This document shows positions 51,447 to 62,314 of a stretch of 64,000 nt of DNA, in pieces. Origin of the DNA: Deltaproteobacteria bacterium (GTDB taxonomy: Bacteria; Desulfobacterota; Desulfomonilia; UBA1062); the NCBI GenBank assembly GCA_018433775.1, contig JAHDQN010000040.1, positions 20,587 through 84,586 on the forward strand, in the 5' to 3' direction. A model generated the notes under the pieces. That model was given only the letters and a program-made list of their open reading frames with translations. It was not told where the DNA came from and did no database searches. Every line of letters starts with the position of its first letter. Position 1 is the stretch's first letter. Made by a program: the position numbers and the translations under genes.

Positions 51447-52448
51447 TCAGGTGCGGATGCGCTTTTTGAGCTCTCTGATCAGGGTGGTGCAGACCTGGCC
51501 CGCGTCGGCTACGATGGCCACGTCGGCCATCTTCATCATGGCGGCGTTGGGGTTCTTGTTGACCGCGATGATGAACCCGGCGTTCTTGATCCCCGCCGTG
51601 TGCTGGATGGCGCCCGAGACGCCGAACGAGAAGAGCACCTTGGGGCTGATATGCCTGTCCGCCTGGCCAACCAGGGCGTCCTCGTCCGCCCATTTGGCAT
51701 AGACGACGGGCCTCGTGGCGCCCACCTCGCCGCCCAGCACCCGGGCCAGCTCAAAGAGGTTTTTGAACCTGGTCTTGCTGCCCATGCCCCGTCCCCCGCA
51801 CACCACCACCGGTGCCTCGCCGAGCTTCTGCTCCCGGGAGACCTGCCGCTCGGAGCTGATGAGCCTGATCCTGTCCCTGGGGAGGTCTCCGGGCAGGGGC
51901 ACGTTCACGATTTCTCCGGTTGCCTGGTAGTTATGGGGTATCTCCTGGAACACGCCCGGCCGCACGGTCGCCATCTGTGGCCGTTTCTCCGGGGTGACGA
52001 TCCTGGTGAGGAGGTTCCCGCCGAAGGCGGGAGCGGTCTGCACCAGCAGGCCCGCATCGTCGACGTCCAGACCCACGCAGTCGGCGGTGAGCCCGGTCTT
52101 GAGGCGCTTCGCCAGGCGGGGGGTGAATTCCCTGCCGAACGAGGTGGCGCCCACCAGGATGATCTCCGGGCCATACTGCCGCACGATCCGCTCCATCAGC
52201 GCCACGTAGATATCCGTGCTGTAAAACTTCAGCCCGGGGTTGTCGCAGACATAGACCCTCGCGGCCCCGTGCGCGATGTACTCGCCGACCCACTCGTCCA
52301 CCTCGTGGCCGAACACAGTGGCGCACACCTCGGCGCCGATCTTCTTCGCCAGGTCGGTTGCCCGCGAGAGAAGCTGCAGGGTCACCCGGTTCTGGAAATA
52401 GTTGCGGTAGTCGCCGAACACCCAGATGCTGCGTTTTCTCTGAGCCAT
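51447..52448 (-). CDS. etfA: Electron transfer flavoprotein alpha subunit
   Basis: The FAD-binding EtfA C-domain is present. Confidence 0.85.
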   Translation of the reverse strand: MAQRKRSIWVFGDYRNYFQNRVTLQLLSRATDLAKKIGAEVCATVFGHEVDEWVGEYIAHGAARVYVCDNPGLKFYSTDIYVALMERIVRQYGPEIILVGATSFGREFTPRLAKRLKTGLTADCVGLDVDDAGLLVQTAPAFGGNLLTRIVTPEKRPQMATVRPGVFQEIPHNYQATGEIVNVPLPGDLPRDRIRLISSERQVSREQKLGEAPVVVCGGRGMGSKTRFKNLFELARVLGGEVGATRPVVYAKWADEDALVGQADRHISPKVLFSFGVSGAIQHTAGIKNAGFIIAVNKNPNAAMMKMADVAIVADAGQVCTTLIRELKKRIRT

Positions 52449-52451
52449 GGG

Positions 52452-53279
52452 TTATTTCACCGCCTTGAGGTCTTTGCGGATCAGGCTCCCGATCGTGTCG
52501 TCGAACCGGTCGAGAAGCTCTTCCACAATCTTCTTGGGCGCCCCTTTGAGCACGATGTTTTCCTTTTTCGCAACGGGCGAGAAGATGTCCATGATCCGCG
52601 TGGCCGATCCCTGCAGGCCTACGGCATCTTCACCCAGGCCCAGATCTCGGGCCCCCACGGTCAGGATGCCGGGCTCCCTGAACGCATCGTGCAGGCCGGC
52701 CATCGAGGCATAGCGCGGCGTGAAGAAGCCGGTGGCCACGGTGACGAGCCCGGGCAGATCCATCTCCAGGGTCTCGAGAAAGTTGTCCGACACCCGTTTG
52801 ATCCGCAGGGCGTTCCCGCGGAGGTCGAGGTCTTCGACCGCGGCGATCGACGGGATGTCCAGCTCCTCGGCAAGCTGGGGCCCCACCTGGGCGGTCTCGC
52901 TGTCGGATGTGTGGCACCCGCAGAGGATCAGGTCGAAGTCGGGGCAGAAGATCTCGATTGCCCGAGCAAGGGTGAACGAGGTGGCCAGGGTGTCCGCGCC
53001 CGCCATCTTCGGGTCAGAGACCATGAGGCAGCGGTCCGCGCCCAGGGCGATGGCCTCCCTGAGGATCTCCTCCGCCATGGGCGGCCCCATGGTCATGGCC
53101 GTGATCTGCCCGCCGCAAAGCTCCTTGAGCATCAGCGCCGCTTCCAGCGCATGCTTGCAGGCGGGGTTCATCATGCCCTCGGCCGCGTCCCTGGTGAGGG
53201 TGCCGGTCACCGGGTCCCACGGAAGGTCGCTCACCATGGGCACCTGCTTCATGCATACGATCATCTTGAGCATCGTCAT
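52452..53279 (-). CDS. etfB: Electron transfer flavoprotein beta subunit
   Basis: The EtfB fold starts MTMLKMIVCMKQVP, with an AAGAGGG site upstream. The ORF track merges it with a spurious upstream extension. Confidence 0.8.
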   Translation of the reverse strand: MTMLKMIVCMKQVPMVSDLPWDPVTGTLTRDAAEGMMNPACKHALEAALMLKELCGGQITAMTMGPPMAEEILREAIALGADRCLMVSDPKMAGADTLATSFTLARAIEIFCPDFDLILCGCHTSDSETAQVGPQLAEELDIPSIAAVEDLDLRGNALRIKRVSDNFLETLEMDLPGLVTVATGFFTPRYASMAGLHDAFREPGILTVGARDLGLGEDAVGLQGSATRIMDIFSPVAKKENIVLKGAPKKIVEELLDRFDDTIGSLIRKDLKAVK

Positions 53280-53287
53280 CACCCTCT

Positions 53288-54421
53288 TTACACCGGCTCG
53301 GCCAGGATGGCCCGGGATATCACCATGCGCTGGATCTCGCTCGTTCCCTCGTAGATCTCGGTCACCTTGGCGTCGCGGAAGTAGCGCTCCACGTCGTATT
53401 CCTTGCTGTATCCGTAACCGCCGTGGATCTGTACGGCCTTTCCGGTGACCCTCGATGCAGTGGCGCTGGCATAGAGCTTGGCCATGGAGGCCTCCTTGCC
53501 GAAGGGCCTGCCGCTGTCCTTGCATGCGCTGGCACGATATACCAGCAGGCGGGCCGCATCGATCTCGGTGGCCATGTCCGCGAGCATGTTCTGGATGGAC
53601 TGGAACGACGATATGGGCTTCTTGAACTGCTGCCGCTCCCGGGAGTACTTGACCGAGGCTTCGTAGGCCGCCTGGGCGATCCCCACGGCCTGGGCCCCGA
53701 TCCCGATCCTGCCGGTGTCGAGCGCGTCGAGCCCGATCTTCAGGCCGTCGCCTTCGCGGCCGAGCAGGTTCTCCCTTCCGGCCCGGCAGTCCTCGAAGAA
53801 CAGCGATGACACGGGGTTCGCCCGCATGCCGCACAGGTCTTCGATCTCGCCGACGGAGAATCCGGGCATCCCCTTCTCCATGATGAATACGCTCGCGTTC
53901 CGGCCCGGTTTGGCCTGCGGGTCGGTGATGGCGAAGATGAGCGGCAGGCTGCACACCCCGCCGTTGGTCACGAAGATCTTGGTGCCGTTGATCACGTAGT
54001 GCCCGTTGTCAAAGACCGCGTGGGTCTCAACGCCGCCCGCGTCGGAGCCCGCATTGGCCTCGGTGAGGCAGAACGCGCCGATGCACTCCCCGCCCGCGAG
54101 CCTGGGCACGAAGCGCTCCTTCTGCTCTGGTGTGCCGTACTTGAGGATCGGCGATATCCCCACACTGTTGTGGACCGTGAGGCACAGCCCCAATGAGCCG
54201 CTCACCCGGGAGATCTCCTCGATGGCGATCGCATAGCTGATGCTGTCGATCCCGGCACCGCCGTACTCTTTCGGCACCTGGAGCCCGAAAAAGTTCAGGG
54301 GGCGCATCTTCTCGACGACCTCCAGGGGGAACCGGGCCTCCTGGTCGATCTCGTGGGCGATGGGCCCGAGCTCGGCCTCCGCGAACTCCCGCACGCTCTT
54401 GCGGACGAGCTTATGCTTCAT
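53288..54421 (-). CDS. Acyl-CoA dehydrogenase (short/medium-chain, Bcd-like)
   Basis: The ACAD N, middle and C domains are present. The start was trimmed to MKHKLV. Confidence 0.8.
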   Translation of the reverse strand: MKHKLVRKSVREFAEAELGPIAHEIDQEARFPLEVVEKMRPLNFFGLQVPKEYGGAGIDSISYAIAIEEISRVSGSLGLCLTVHNSVGISPILKYGTPEQKERFVPRLAGGECIGAFCLTEANAGSDAGGVETHAVFDNGHYVINGTKIFVTNGGVCSLPLIFAITDPQAKPGRNASVFIMEKGMPGFSVGEIEDLCGMRANPVSSLFFEDCRAGRENLLGREGDGLKIGLDALDTGRIGIGAQAVGIAQAAYEASVKYSRERQQFKKPISSFQSIQNMLADMATEIDAARLLVYRASACKDSGRPFGKEASMAKLYASATASRVTGKAVQIHGGYGYSKEYDVERYFRDAKVTEIYEGTSEIQRMVISRAILAEPV

Positions 54422-54647
54422 GCATGCATCGAATTCCACAGCAGTTGCCGCTCCTTTGTCATGAACCGTTTCTCGTGTGGTCCGGAGCAGCACCATAACC
54501 CAATTCACCGGAAAGATCAATGGCATGCAATACCCGGTCCGGGCTTAAAAAATGTGTGCGCAGGGCCTTGAATATTCCTGCTTGAGATCCTAGGTAAACG
54601 AATGATATCCATACATATTCAAAACCGACACTCAAGATGGAGGAACC

Positions 54648-56612
54648 ATGGAGCACAAGAAGGAAACCCGCCAGTTCAAGACCGAGGTGCAGCAGCTGAT
54701 GAAGCTCATCATCAACTCGCTCTATTCGCATCCCGAAATCTTTCTGCGGGAGCTGATATCCAACGCCTCGGACGCCATTGACAAGGTCAGGTTCAAGGCC
54801 CAGACCGACCCGGACATCCTCGGGCAGGACGCCGAGCTCAGGATCAGGATCATACCGGGCAAGGAGAACCGCACCATCACCGTGGAGGACAACGGCATCG
54901 GCATGACCTATGACGAGGTGGTGGAGAACATCGGGACCATCGCGCAGAGCGGCACAAAGGCCTTTCTCGACGCCATGGAAAAGGCGAAGAACAAAGAAAG
55001 CCTTCTGCCCGAGCTCATCGGCCAGTTCGGGGTCGGATTCTACAGCGCCTTTATCGTGGCCGAGAAGGTCACGCTCATCACCCGGGCCGCGGGACAGGAC
55101 AAGGCGGTCAGGTGGGAATCTTCGGGAGACGGTTCCTACACCATCGAGGAGACGGACAGGGGGCCGCGCGGCACCAGCGTGATCCTCACGCTCAAACCCC
55201 GCGGCGACGACGAGCCCGACTACACAGACGAGTGGACCATCAGGGGCATCGTGAAGCGCCACTCCGACTTCGTGAGCTATCCCATCGTCATGGACGTCGA
55301 GCGCCGGGAGCCGATCCCGGAGGGCGAGCTCATCAGGGACAAGGAAGGGAATCCCGTGGGCTCCACCACCCGCACCGTGGCGAAGGAAGAGACGCTCAAC
55401 TCCATGAAGGCCATCTGGACCAGGAACAAGTCAGAGGTCGCCGAGGAGGAATACACCGAGTTCTACAAGCACATCAGCCACGACTGGGAGCCCCCCCTTG
55501 CGCATCTCCACATCCGGTTCGAAGGCACCACCGAGTACCAGGCCCTGCTGTACATCCCCTCCCATCTGCCCTTGGACTTCACCCTGAGGGAGCGCAGGCA
55601 CGGCATCCACCTCTACAGCAAGCGGGTCTTCATCATGGACGACTGCCGCGAACTCATGCCCGAATATCTCGGGTTTGTCCACGGCGTGGTGGACGCCCCG
55701 GACCTGAACCTCAACATCAGCCGCGAGATCCTGCAGCAGGATTCTCTGGTGAGGAACATCCGCAAAAACCTTCTCAAGCGAATCTTCGACCTGCTCGAAA
55801 ACATGGAGCCCGAAAAGTACGAACAGTTCTTCTCCGAGTTCGGCGCCATCCTGAAGATCGGCGTCCCCACGGACCACGAAAACCGGGAGCGGATCGCGAA
55901 GCTGCTCAGGTACCGCACCACCAGATCCGAGGGAAAGTTCGTGTCGCTCAAAGACTACGTGGAGCGGATGCAGCCGGACCAGGACGAGATCTACTACATC
56001 ACGGGCGACAACTTCGCCGCCCTTGCCAACAGCCCTCACCTGGAGCGTCTCAAGGAAAAGGATCTGGAGGTGGTGCTCATGACCGACCCCATCGACGAGT
56101 GGGTGGTCCAGCACCTGGGGCAGTTCGATGACAAGAAGTTTACCAGCGCGGAAAAGGGCGATCTGGGCCTGGACAAGCCGGACGACAAAAAAACAGGCGA
56201 GTTCGGCGATTTCTTCGCCTTTCTCAAGGACGAGCTCATGGACCTGGTCAAGGAGGTCAAGCCCTCGACCCACCTGAAGGACTCGCTCTCGTGCCTTTCC
56301 GGCGAGGCGTACGACATGAGCGCCTACATGGAGAAGATCCTTAAGGCCTCGGGCCAGAAGACCGAGCCCGTGAAACGGGTGCTCGAGCTCAACATCGACC
56401 ATCCGGCCATCGCGAACGTCAAGTACGTGTTCGAGAAGGACCGGACCGACCCGGCTCTCAAGGATTATGCCCGGCTCCTCTATGACCTGGCCGTGGTCGC
56501 CGAGGGGGGCAAGGTGGAGGACCCCTCGCGCTTTTCCCGGACCGTGGGCCTGCTCATGGCAGAGGCCATCACCGCGGAAGAGCTCATGGCAGGGGACGCG
56601 ATCGAGGTGTGA
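54648..56612 (+). CDS. htpG: Chaperone Hsp90
   Basis: The match is full-length, with the GHKL ATPase N-domain. Confidence 0.95.
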   Translation: MEHKKETRQFKTEVQQLMKLIINSLYSHPEIFLRELISNASDAIDKVRFKAQTDPDILGQDAELRIRIIPGKENRTITVEDNGIGMTYDEVVENIGTIAQSGTKAFLDAMEKAKNKESLLPELIGQFGVGFYSAFIVAEKVTLITRAAGQDKAVRWESSGDGSYTIEETDRGPRGTSVILTLKPRGDDEPDYTDEWTIRGIVKRHSDFVSYPIVMDVERREPIPEGELIRDKEGNPVGSTTRTVAKEETLNSMKAIWTRNKSEVAEEEYTEFYKHISHDWEPPLAHLHIRFEGTTEYQALLYIPSHLPLDFTLRERRHGIHLYSKRVFIMDDCRELMPEYLGFVHGVVDAPDLNLNISREILQQDSLVRNIRKNLLKRIFDLLENMEPEKYEQFFSEFGAILKIGVPTDHENRERIAKLLRYRTTRSEGKFVSLKDYVERMQPDQDEIYYITGDNFAALANSPHLERLKEKDLEVVLMTDPIDEWVVQHLGQFDDKKFTSAEKGDLGLDKPDDKKTGEFGDFFAFLKDELMDLVKEVKPSTHLKDSLSCLSGEAYDMSAYMEKILKASGQKTEPVKRVLELNIDHPAIANVKYVFEKDRTDPALKDYARLLYDLAVVAEGGKVEDPSRFSRTVGLLMAEAITAEELMAGDAIEV

Positions 56613-56629
56613 GAAGGAAATAAAAAACA

Positions 56630-56663
56630 GGGGACCCTGCTCAGAGCAGGGTCCCCCTTTTCC
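56630..56663. terminator. Intrinsic terminator, bidirectional
   Basis: The hairpin GGGGACCCTGC-tcaga-GCAGGGTCCCC is followed by CTTTTCC. Confidence 0.6.
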
Positions 56664-56689
56664 ATTTCAGATGAAACTGTCTTTTTACC

Positions 56690-57706
56690 CTATTCCACCC
56701 AGTCGACATCGGACAGCTGGGTAGGATAACTGTTCAAGAAGCCAAGGCAGAGATCGTTTGTTTCGTCAATGAACGCCAATGCCCCCTCTTCGTAATCCGG
56801 CATATCCGCGGAAAGGATCGGCACTACCTCTTCAGGGGTAGCACTCTCGATGTTGTCCAGGGTGGTGACAATATAATAATCTTGCGGGACACCTCCATCT
56901 GCAATAATAGCCCTGAATGCCATATCGCTGTCCACTTCGCCTCCTGCCAGAATTTCCCACTGGGCATCCACGTTCATCCCGGCATCTGTAGACTGGGTGA
57001 TGGAGAACCATCCCTCATCCGGACTCCCCCTCCACTTGAATGCGCAGTGAAAATCATCCTCGCCTTCCGGCTCCGAGACTCCGGCGAACCACAAGTCCAT
57101 GATGCCGGTGCCGATGTCCTTGCATCCGTAAAAGATTCCCGCTTCCCCGCCGTCCAGCAGCACGTCCCGGACAACCACGACCTCTTTGCTGGAATTTGTC
57201 ACAAAAGCCATTTCCGTGATGTACGTTTCACCCTCCACCTCGATTTCTATGGTGACCATCCGATCCACGGAGACTTCATTTTCGAAGAAAGGCACTGTCA
57301 CCGTCCGTGCGGTTGAATCAACGGTCACGTTTAACGTGTATTCGCCGTAAGCCCTCTCATGCTCCCCATCGGAATTCCACAGATCCGACACCTCGTTGAT
57401 CATCTCGATGTATTCATCGATCTTTTCCACGGCGTAGAAAATTCCTTCCCATCCGCTGATGTCGGGGTCGTCGAACAGCTTTTGAAGGACCGTATACTGC
57501 ACAGTCGGGTTCCAGCCTCCCCATGTTGAGAGCGGTTCGGCGGCGCTCTCACCCAGAAACGGCGTGCACGCCATCACGTCCTCTCCGTAAGTGGAAAGCT
57601 GGGATACAACCGGATCATCGTCACTGCTGCTGTTGCAGCCCGAGACTGCCACTATGCCCGCAAAAAGGCAGAGCGCACAAACGCCCAATAGCTTCCTCGT
57701 GATCAT
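56690..57706 (-). CDS. Acidic lipoprotein of unknown function
   Basis: It has a signal peptide and lipobox (VSGCNS). Confidence 0.5.
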   Translation of the reverse strand: MITRKLLGVCALCLFAGIVAVSGCNSSSDDDPVVSQLSTYGEDVMACTPFLGESAAEPLSTWGGWNPTVQYTVLQKLFDDPDISGWEGIFYAVEKIDEYIEMINEVSDLWNSDGEHERAYGEYTLNVTVDSTARTVTVPFFENEVSVDRMVTIEIEVEGETYITEMAFVTNSSKEVVVVRDVLLDGGEAGIFYGCKDIGTGIMDLWFAGVSEPEGEDDFHCAFKWRGSPDEGWFSITQSTDAGMNVDAQWEILAGGEVDSDMAFRAIIADGGVPQDYYIVTTLDNIESATPEEVVPILSADMPDYEEGALAFIDETNDLCLGFLNSYPTQLSDVDWVE

Positions 57707-57978
57707 TGTTTACCTCCTGTTGTTGGATTGTATCTTTCCTTCTTCGGCAATTGGGTTGAGAAACTTTCGTTATTTTACGCAATGAAATATTAATTTTAGA
57801 TTTTGTATTATTCCGGGCCTGAGGTTCACCGGCTGATGCGGGCGCTATGCCCGGCACGACAGTATGTCCGGTATGACGAAAAGGAACGAATGAGCGCATG
57901 ACAGTGGATACGAAATCATGCTTGTGATACAAGACAACCGGATTTATCAACTGACAGACAGGGGTTCTTGAGGAAGGT

Positions 57979-58416
57979 ATGAAGAAACTCATCCTGATCC
58001 TGCTCGCCGCAGCCTATGCCGCGAGCCCCTATGACCTGCTGCCGGATTTTCTCATCGGCTGGGGCTGGCTCGACGACCTGTTCGTCGGATATCTCCTGTA
58101 CCGGTATGTGCTCTTCCCGGTCGCGGGCCGATTCGCCAGGACAGAGAGCTCCGGCGGCCGGAGGCGGGAATATGCGGGCCGGGATTCAGCTGCGGGCGGT
58201 CGGCACGATTCCGGAAGCGCGCCCGGCCCCAAAGACCCCTACTCCGTGCTCGGCCTGGACCGTGGGGCGTCAAGGGACGAGATTCAGAAGGCCTACCGGG
58301 AGCTGGCGAACAAGTATCACCCGGACAAGGTCCAGCACCTGGGCGAGGAGTTCAGGATGCTGGCCGAAGAGCGTTTCAAGGAAATCCGCCAGGCATACGT
58401 CTCGCTGACGGAATGA
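57979..58416 (+). CDS. Membrane-associated DUF1232 (YkvA-like) domain fused to a C-terminal DnaJ J-domain
   Basis: The N-terminus has [15 protein letters not shown]. The J-domain shows DPYSVLG...[14 protein letters not shown]. Confidence 0.7.
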   Translation: MKKLILILLAAAYAASPYDLLPDFLIGWGWLDDLFVGYLLYRYVLFPVAGRFARTESSGGRRREYAGRDSAAGGRHDSGSAPGPKDPYSVLGLDRGASRDEIQKAYRELANKYHPDKVQHLGEEFRMLAEERFKEIRQAYVSLTE

Positions 58417-58720
58417 GCGCGGCACGCGTTCCCATCCGCATCATTCAGGGTCGAGAAGCCCCTCGGGGCGTCGCAAGGACATCGCCCTGACGGATTCTCC
58501 GGCACACTTTCCTTAGCTGTATGAAAACAAACCCTTGCAGATATCTTTCACGGATACTATAGTGCCTGGCCATGAGCAGCCCGTGTGTCCACAGATAACT
58601 CATAATGATACGCGGTCTGCGGGATATTCATTCTCAAGTATTGAATGGCACGGGACGATAGGGACCTTCAGAAAGCAATACCGATTACCCTCAGGCGAGG
58701 AGAAAGGACGTCGAAGCGCC

Positions 58721-59125
58721 ATGGGAATTTTCCGGAGGAGTGAGATGGGGATAAAGAACGGATCGAACATGGATAATATCGTGGGCCTGCTCGGCAAGGG
58801 CACCGAGTTCGAAGGCAAGCTGATTTTCGAAGGAACCTTACGGATCGACGGCAAATTCAAGGGAGAGGTGATCACCAGCGGGATCCTCGCCGTCGGCGAC
58901 GGCGCCCTGGTCCATGCCGAGATCCAGGCCGATACGATCATCGTGCGCGGAGAGGTTCACGGGAATCTCAAGGCCGCCAAACAGGTGGAGATCAAAGGCA
59001 ACGGCAGGCTTTACGGCAACATCAGCACGCCTTCCCTCATCGTGGACGAAGGGGTGGTTTTCGAGGGGAGCTGTCAGATGACCAACGCCGAGAAGACCGT
59101 CATCCCTCTGGATGTGAAGAAGTAG
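58721..59125 (+). CDS. Bactofilin
   Basis: The DUF583 beta-helical repeats are present. The start was trimmed to MGIFRR. The ORF track begins at 58535. Confidence 0.7.
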   Translation: MGIFRRSEMGIKNGSNMDNIVGLLGKGTEFEGKLIFEGTLRIDGKFKGEVITSGILAVGDGALVHAEIQADTIIVRGEVHGNLKAAKQVEIKGNGRLYGNISTPSLIVDEGVVFEGSCQMTNAEKTVIPLDVKK

Positions 59126-59232
59126 CTGCCGGTTTTCCCGCGTCTTTTCTCCATTGCCCCGCCGCATTCCTTTTCACGGGAATACCTGAAATGGACTCCA
59201 GTTACGACAGTACCGGACCCTGCCTGAAAAGA

Positions 59233-60621
59233 CTATGACCGCGTCGAGACCTTGCAGGAGCGGGCGCGCGCATTCCCGGCTCCGACAAGAGGAGCAGGCT
59301 TTCTGTCCGTGCTGCAGCGAACGAAGCAGCTCTTGCGTTCCTTTGCCTGATACATGGCCTCGTCCGCGCGTTTCAGAAGCACCTCGGCGTCATGGCCGTC
59401 TTCGGGAAAGACACTGATCCCGATACTGGTTGAGATGAAATCGATAGTGATGCCCATGATGTGATACGGCATGCACAGCACCTCGACGATCCTCCCCGCC
59501 ACCCGCTCGGCATTGAGGTTTCGCGAATTGGTGAGGATGACCGAAAACTCGTCGCCGCCGAGCCTGCTCACGTAATCGCTTTCGCGCACGGTCCTCCGGA
59601 GTCTGGCCGCCACCTCGGTGAGAAGCCGGTCGCCGGTCTCGTGACCATGAATGTCATTAACCTTCTTGAATGAATCCAGGTCCAGAAAAAGCACCGCTCT
59701 CCTGCCTTCGTAGCGTCTTGCCTCTTTGATGGTTTCGGTGAGCTTTTCCACGAAGGCCTTCCGGTTGAACAGCCCGGTAAGGGGATCGTGATACGCCATA
59801 TAGGTAAGCTCCTGCTCGAACCTCTTGCGTTCGGTGACATCGCGGATGATCCCCTGGAATCCGACCGGATCGCCCTTGCGGTCTTTTTTCAGGGAAACCG
59901 AGGTATCGGCGACGAAACGGGACCCGTCCTTCTTCATGAGCTCCCACTCGATCGACTTGACGGATTCGCCTGTGGTGAAGATCTTGTGGAACGCGCTGAA
60001 GACGTACGCGGCGTTGGTCTCGTCCATCAGCATCCGGTAGTTCATTCCCACCATCTCTTCCTCGGTGTAACCCATGTGTGCGGGAACCCGGTTGTTGAAA
60101 AAGGTGAAGTTGCCCGCCAGGTCAACCTCAAAGTATCCGTCTTCTATGGAGTCGAGAATGATCCGGAAGCGGGTGTCGCTCTCGATGAGGGCATGTTCCG
60201 TCTCCAGGCGTTCGGTGACGTCTCGGGCCACGCCCTGCACCATCTTCTTCCCCTCTTTGTCCGTGACCAGAATATTCTTGTACTCAATGACGTGGGATCG
60301 GCCGTCCCTGGATACCACCTGCATGAGCCCCTCGTCCTTTCCGTTTGAGGTGACCCGCTGGAGATAGTCGTCGAACTGTTTGCGGAAATGCTTCGGCATC
60401 ATGCTGCGGGCGTTTCTGCCCACCACGTCCTCGCGGTACAGCCCGAGCCTCCCGGTATAGTGGGGATTGAGCTCGGTGAAATTGCCTTCCAGATCGTGCT
60501 CGAACACGAACTCGGTGATGTCCTTGGAAATCTCCGCAAAACGCTCGCAGTAGTCTCCCAGCCTCATGTTGAGCTCGGATATCTTCCGCTCCAGATCCCG
60601 GTATGTCGGTTTTCCGGACAT
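59233..60621 (-). CDS. Diguanylate cyclase with two PAS domains (PAS-PAS-GGDEF)
   Basis: The RLGGDEF active-site motif is present. Confidence 0.85.
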   Translation of the reverse strand: MSGKPTYRDLERKISELNMRLGDYCERFAEISKDITEFVFEHDLEGNFTELNPHYTGRLGLYREDVVGRNARSMMPKHFRKQFDDYLQRVTSNGKDEGLMQVVSRDGRSHVIEYKNILVTDKEGKKMVQGVARDVTERLETEHALIESDTRFRIILDSIEDGYFEVDLAGNFTFFNNRVPAHMGYTEEEMVGMNYRMLMDETNAAYVFSAFHKIFTTGESVKSIEWELMKKDGSRFVADTSVSLKKDRKGDPVGFQGIIRDVTERKRFEQELTYMAYHDPLTGLFNRKAFVEKLTETIKEARRYEGRRAVLFLDLDSFKKVNDIHGHETGDRLLTEVAARLRRTVRESDYVSRLGGDEFSVILTNSRNLNAERVAGRIVEVLCMPYHIMGITIDFISTSIGISVFPEDGHDAEVLLKRADEAMYQAKERKSCFVRCSTDRKPAPLVGAGNARARSCKVSTRS

Positions 60622-61026
60622 GGAGGCCTTCCTCAGGCAGGACCGGCGGCATGAACGAGGAAATACCGCGTTTCATCCGCTGCTTGCTGCGCGTTCCGGA
60701 GCTTCAAGTATAGACCCCCCCATCAAGTACTTATTAGCATTCAGCACCTATCGGAAAATCTTCAGGAAAAAATTACCTTGATTTCAGGCCCCATGCTGCG
60801 GGCGGTTCGCGATCCGCTTCTACCTTTCACATTTTGCGCAGGCATCTTGACTTCATCCCGCACACCATTATCATTAACCCTACGCCTTGGGTTCACCTTC
60901 AAAAAAGTGAGTATCTCCCCATAGACCCTCACTCGGATTGGACCCAAGGCCTCCCTCTCGACCAGCGGATCCGGACCGGCACGCACATCCTTCACCGCCG
61001 GGGCCGCGCATGCGTACCGTGCACAT

Positions 61027-61764
61027 CTATACGCACATCCCTGTATGGCCCACCGCGCTCAGGTACAGCACGCTCTCCCGGATGCCGTCCACGCCGAGGA
61101 TCTCGTTGACCTCATTGTCGAACAGGGCCCCTGCGTGGCAGCACCCGAGCCCCATGCTGATGCTGGCCAGCGACAGGTTCTGGGCCATGTGCCCCGCCTC
61201 GATATACACGTACCGGTATCCCCGCTGCCGGTATCTCCACACCGTCCTCTGGAACACGGCGGTAAAGACGATGACCGCAGCGGCATGTGCGCACATGGCC
61301 TGGCCCAGTGCGGCCCGGGCCATAGCCTCGCTGAAGTCGCCCAGCTTCAGCTCTTCGAGCTGGTGCGTCTTCACCTGGTAGTGGTATACCCCCTGCTCCA
61401 GCCCTGCGGTCCTGGCGGCGATCACATAGGACTCCACCGGGTAGAGCGCCCCGGCCGAAGGGACCGTGCGGAAGGCAAAGCCCATCTCTTTTCTCTGGAT
61501 GCCGCTCGAGGTCCACAGAAGCGAGGAAAGGTTTTCCAGTGAAATCGGGGTGTCGAGAAAACGCCGGAGGCTCTTTCTCCTCAGCAGGGCTTCGTACAGG
61601 CTCAGGTCGCCGCACCGGTCGATGGCCGGCAGCGCTATCTTGCGCGCATGAGGATAATCCTTGTAGGTGGGCGGCTTCCCGTCCAGATCCAGGGATCCCC
61701 TGGGCATCCGCATCCTGTTGTACTTCGTCTCTCTTTGAAACCTCTCCCCGATTCCATCTTTCAT
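61027..61764 (-). CDS. SagB-type dehydrogenase / nitroreductase-family protein
   Basis: It has the nitroreductase fold. The start was trimmed to MKDGIG, which has a GGGGGAGGGG site. Confidence 0.6.
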   Translation of the reverse strand: MKDGIGERFQRETKYNRMRMPRGSLDLDGKPPTYKDYPHARKIALPAIDRCGDLSLYEALLRRKSLRRFLDTPISLENLSSLLWTSSGIQRKEMGFAFRTVPSAGALYPVESYVIAARTAGLEQGVYHYQVKTHQLEELKLGDFSEAMARAALGQAMCAHAAAVIVFTAVFQRTVWRYRQRGYRYVYIEAGHMAQNLSLASISMGLGCCHAGALFDNEVNEILGVDGIRESVLYLSAVGHTGMCV

Positions 61765-61891
61765 GGCACCCCTCCCCCGATTCATCACTGGTGCGAAAAG
61801 GAAAACGTATGTATATCGCACACCCTTAAGCAGCAGGGAAAAGAATCACGCCTTTTGAAAGCGGCGCCCCCCTTCCAGGAGAAGGCGCCCT

Positions 61892-62173
61892 TCAATCCTT
61901 GCGGGATCCGTAGTGCTCATCGAGCAGCTTCCTGGTCACCGACCCCGGCTTCTTCAGAATCTTCGAGCCCCGGGTTATTTTACAGAGGCTGATCTGATGG
62001 CGCGCAGCGATAGTTCTCTGGGCATGTCCGGCATGCAGCTCCTTGAGCAGCTCCCACCTGAGCTCCAGGTCCTTGATCTCCTTGGGGGTGAATATTTCCT
62101 GAAAAAACGAGGCCATCTCCTGATGGTCGTGGATGTCGGCGAATATCTTTTCCAGCTCGTGACGGGCAGTCAT
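61892..62173 (-). CDS. TrpR/YerC-YecD-like small DNA-binding protein
   Basis: The conserved core is LRWELLKELHAG...ITRGS. The start was trimmed to MTARHE. Confidence 0.5.
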   Translation of the reverse strand: MTARHELEKIFADIHDHQEMASFFQEIFTPKEIKDLELRWELLKELHAGHAQRTIAARHQISLCKITRGSKILKKPGSVTRKLLDEHYGSRKD

Positions 62174-62314
62174 GGCAGCCTCCTGCAAGGGAATTATGGA
62201 TATAATTACAACACAACGATTCCTTTTTCCAGCGGTTCCTTGCTCATCCCGGATGGCGCCCATCCCCGCCGCTCCGCAGGGACAGCCGGCCTCGCGGGGC
62301 TCGTCGTGCCGGGC

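Noticed and set aside
52452-53954. 500-aa minus-strand ORF
   Set aside because: Only the C-terminal roughly 275 aa, from MTMLKMIV with a ribosome-binding site, are EtfB. The upstream 225 aa is a run-on frame overlapping the acyl-CoA dehydrogenase gene.
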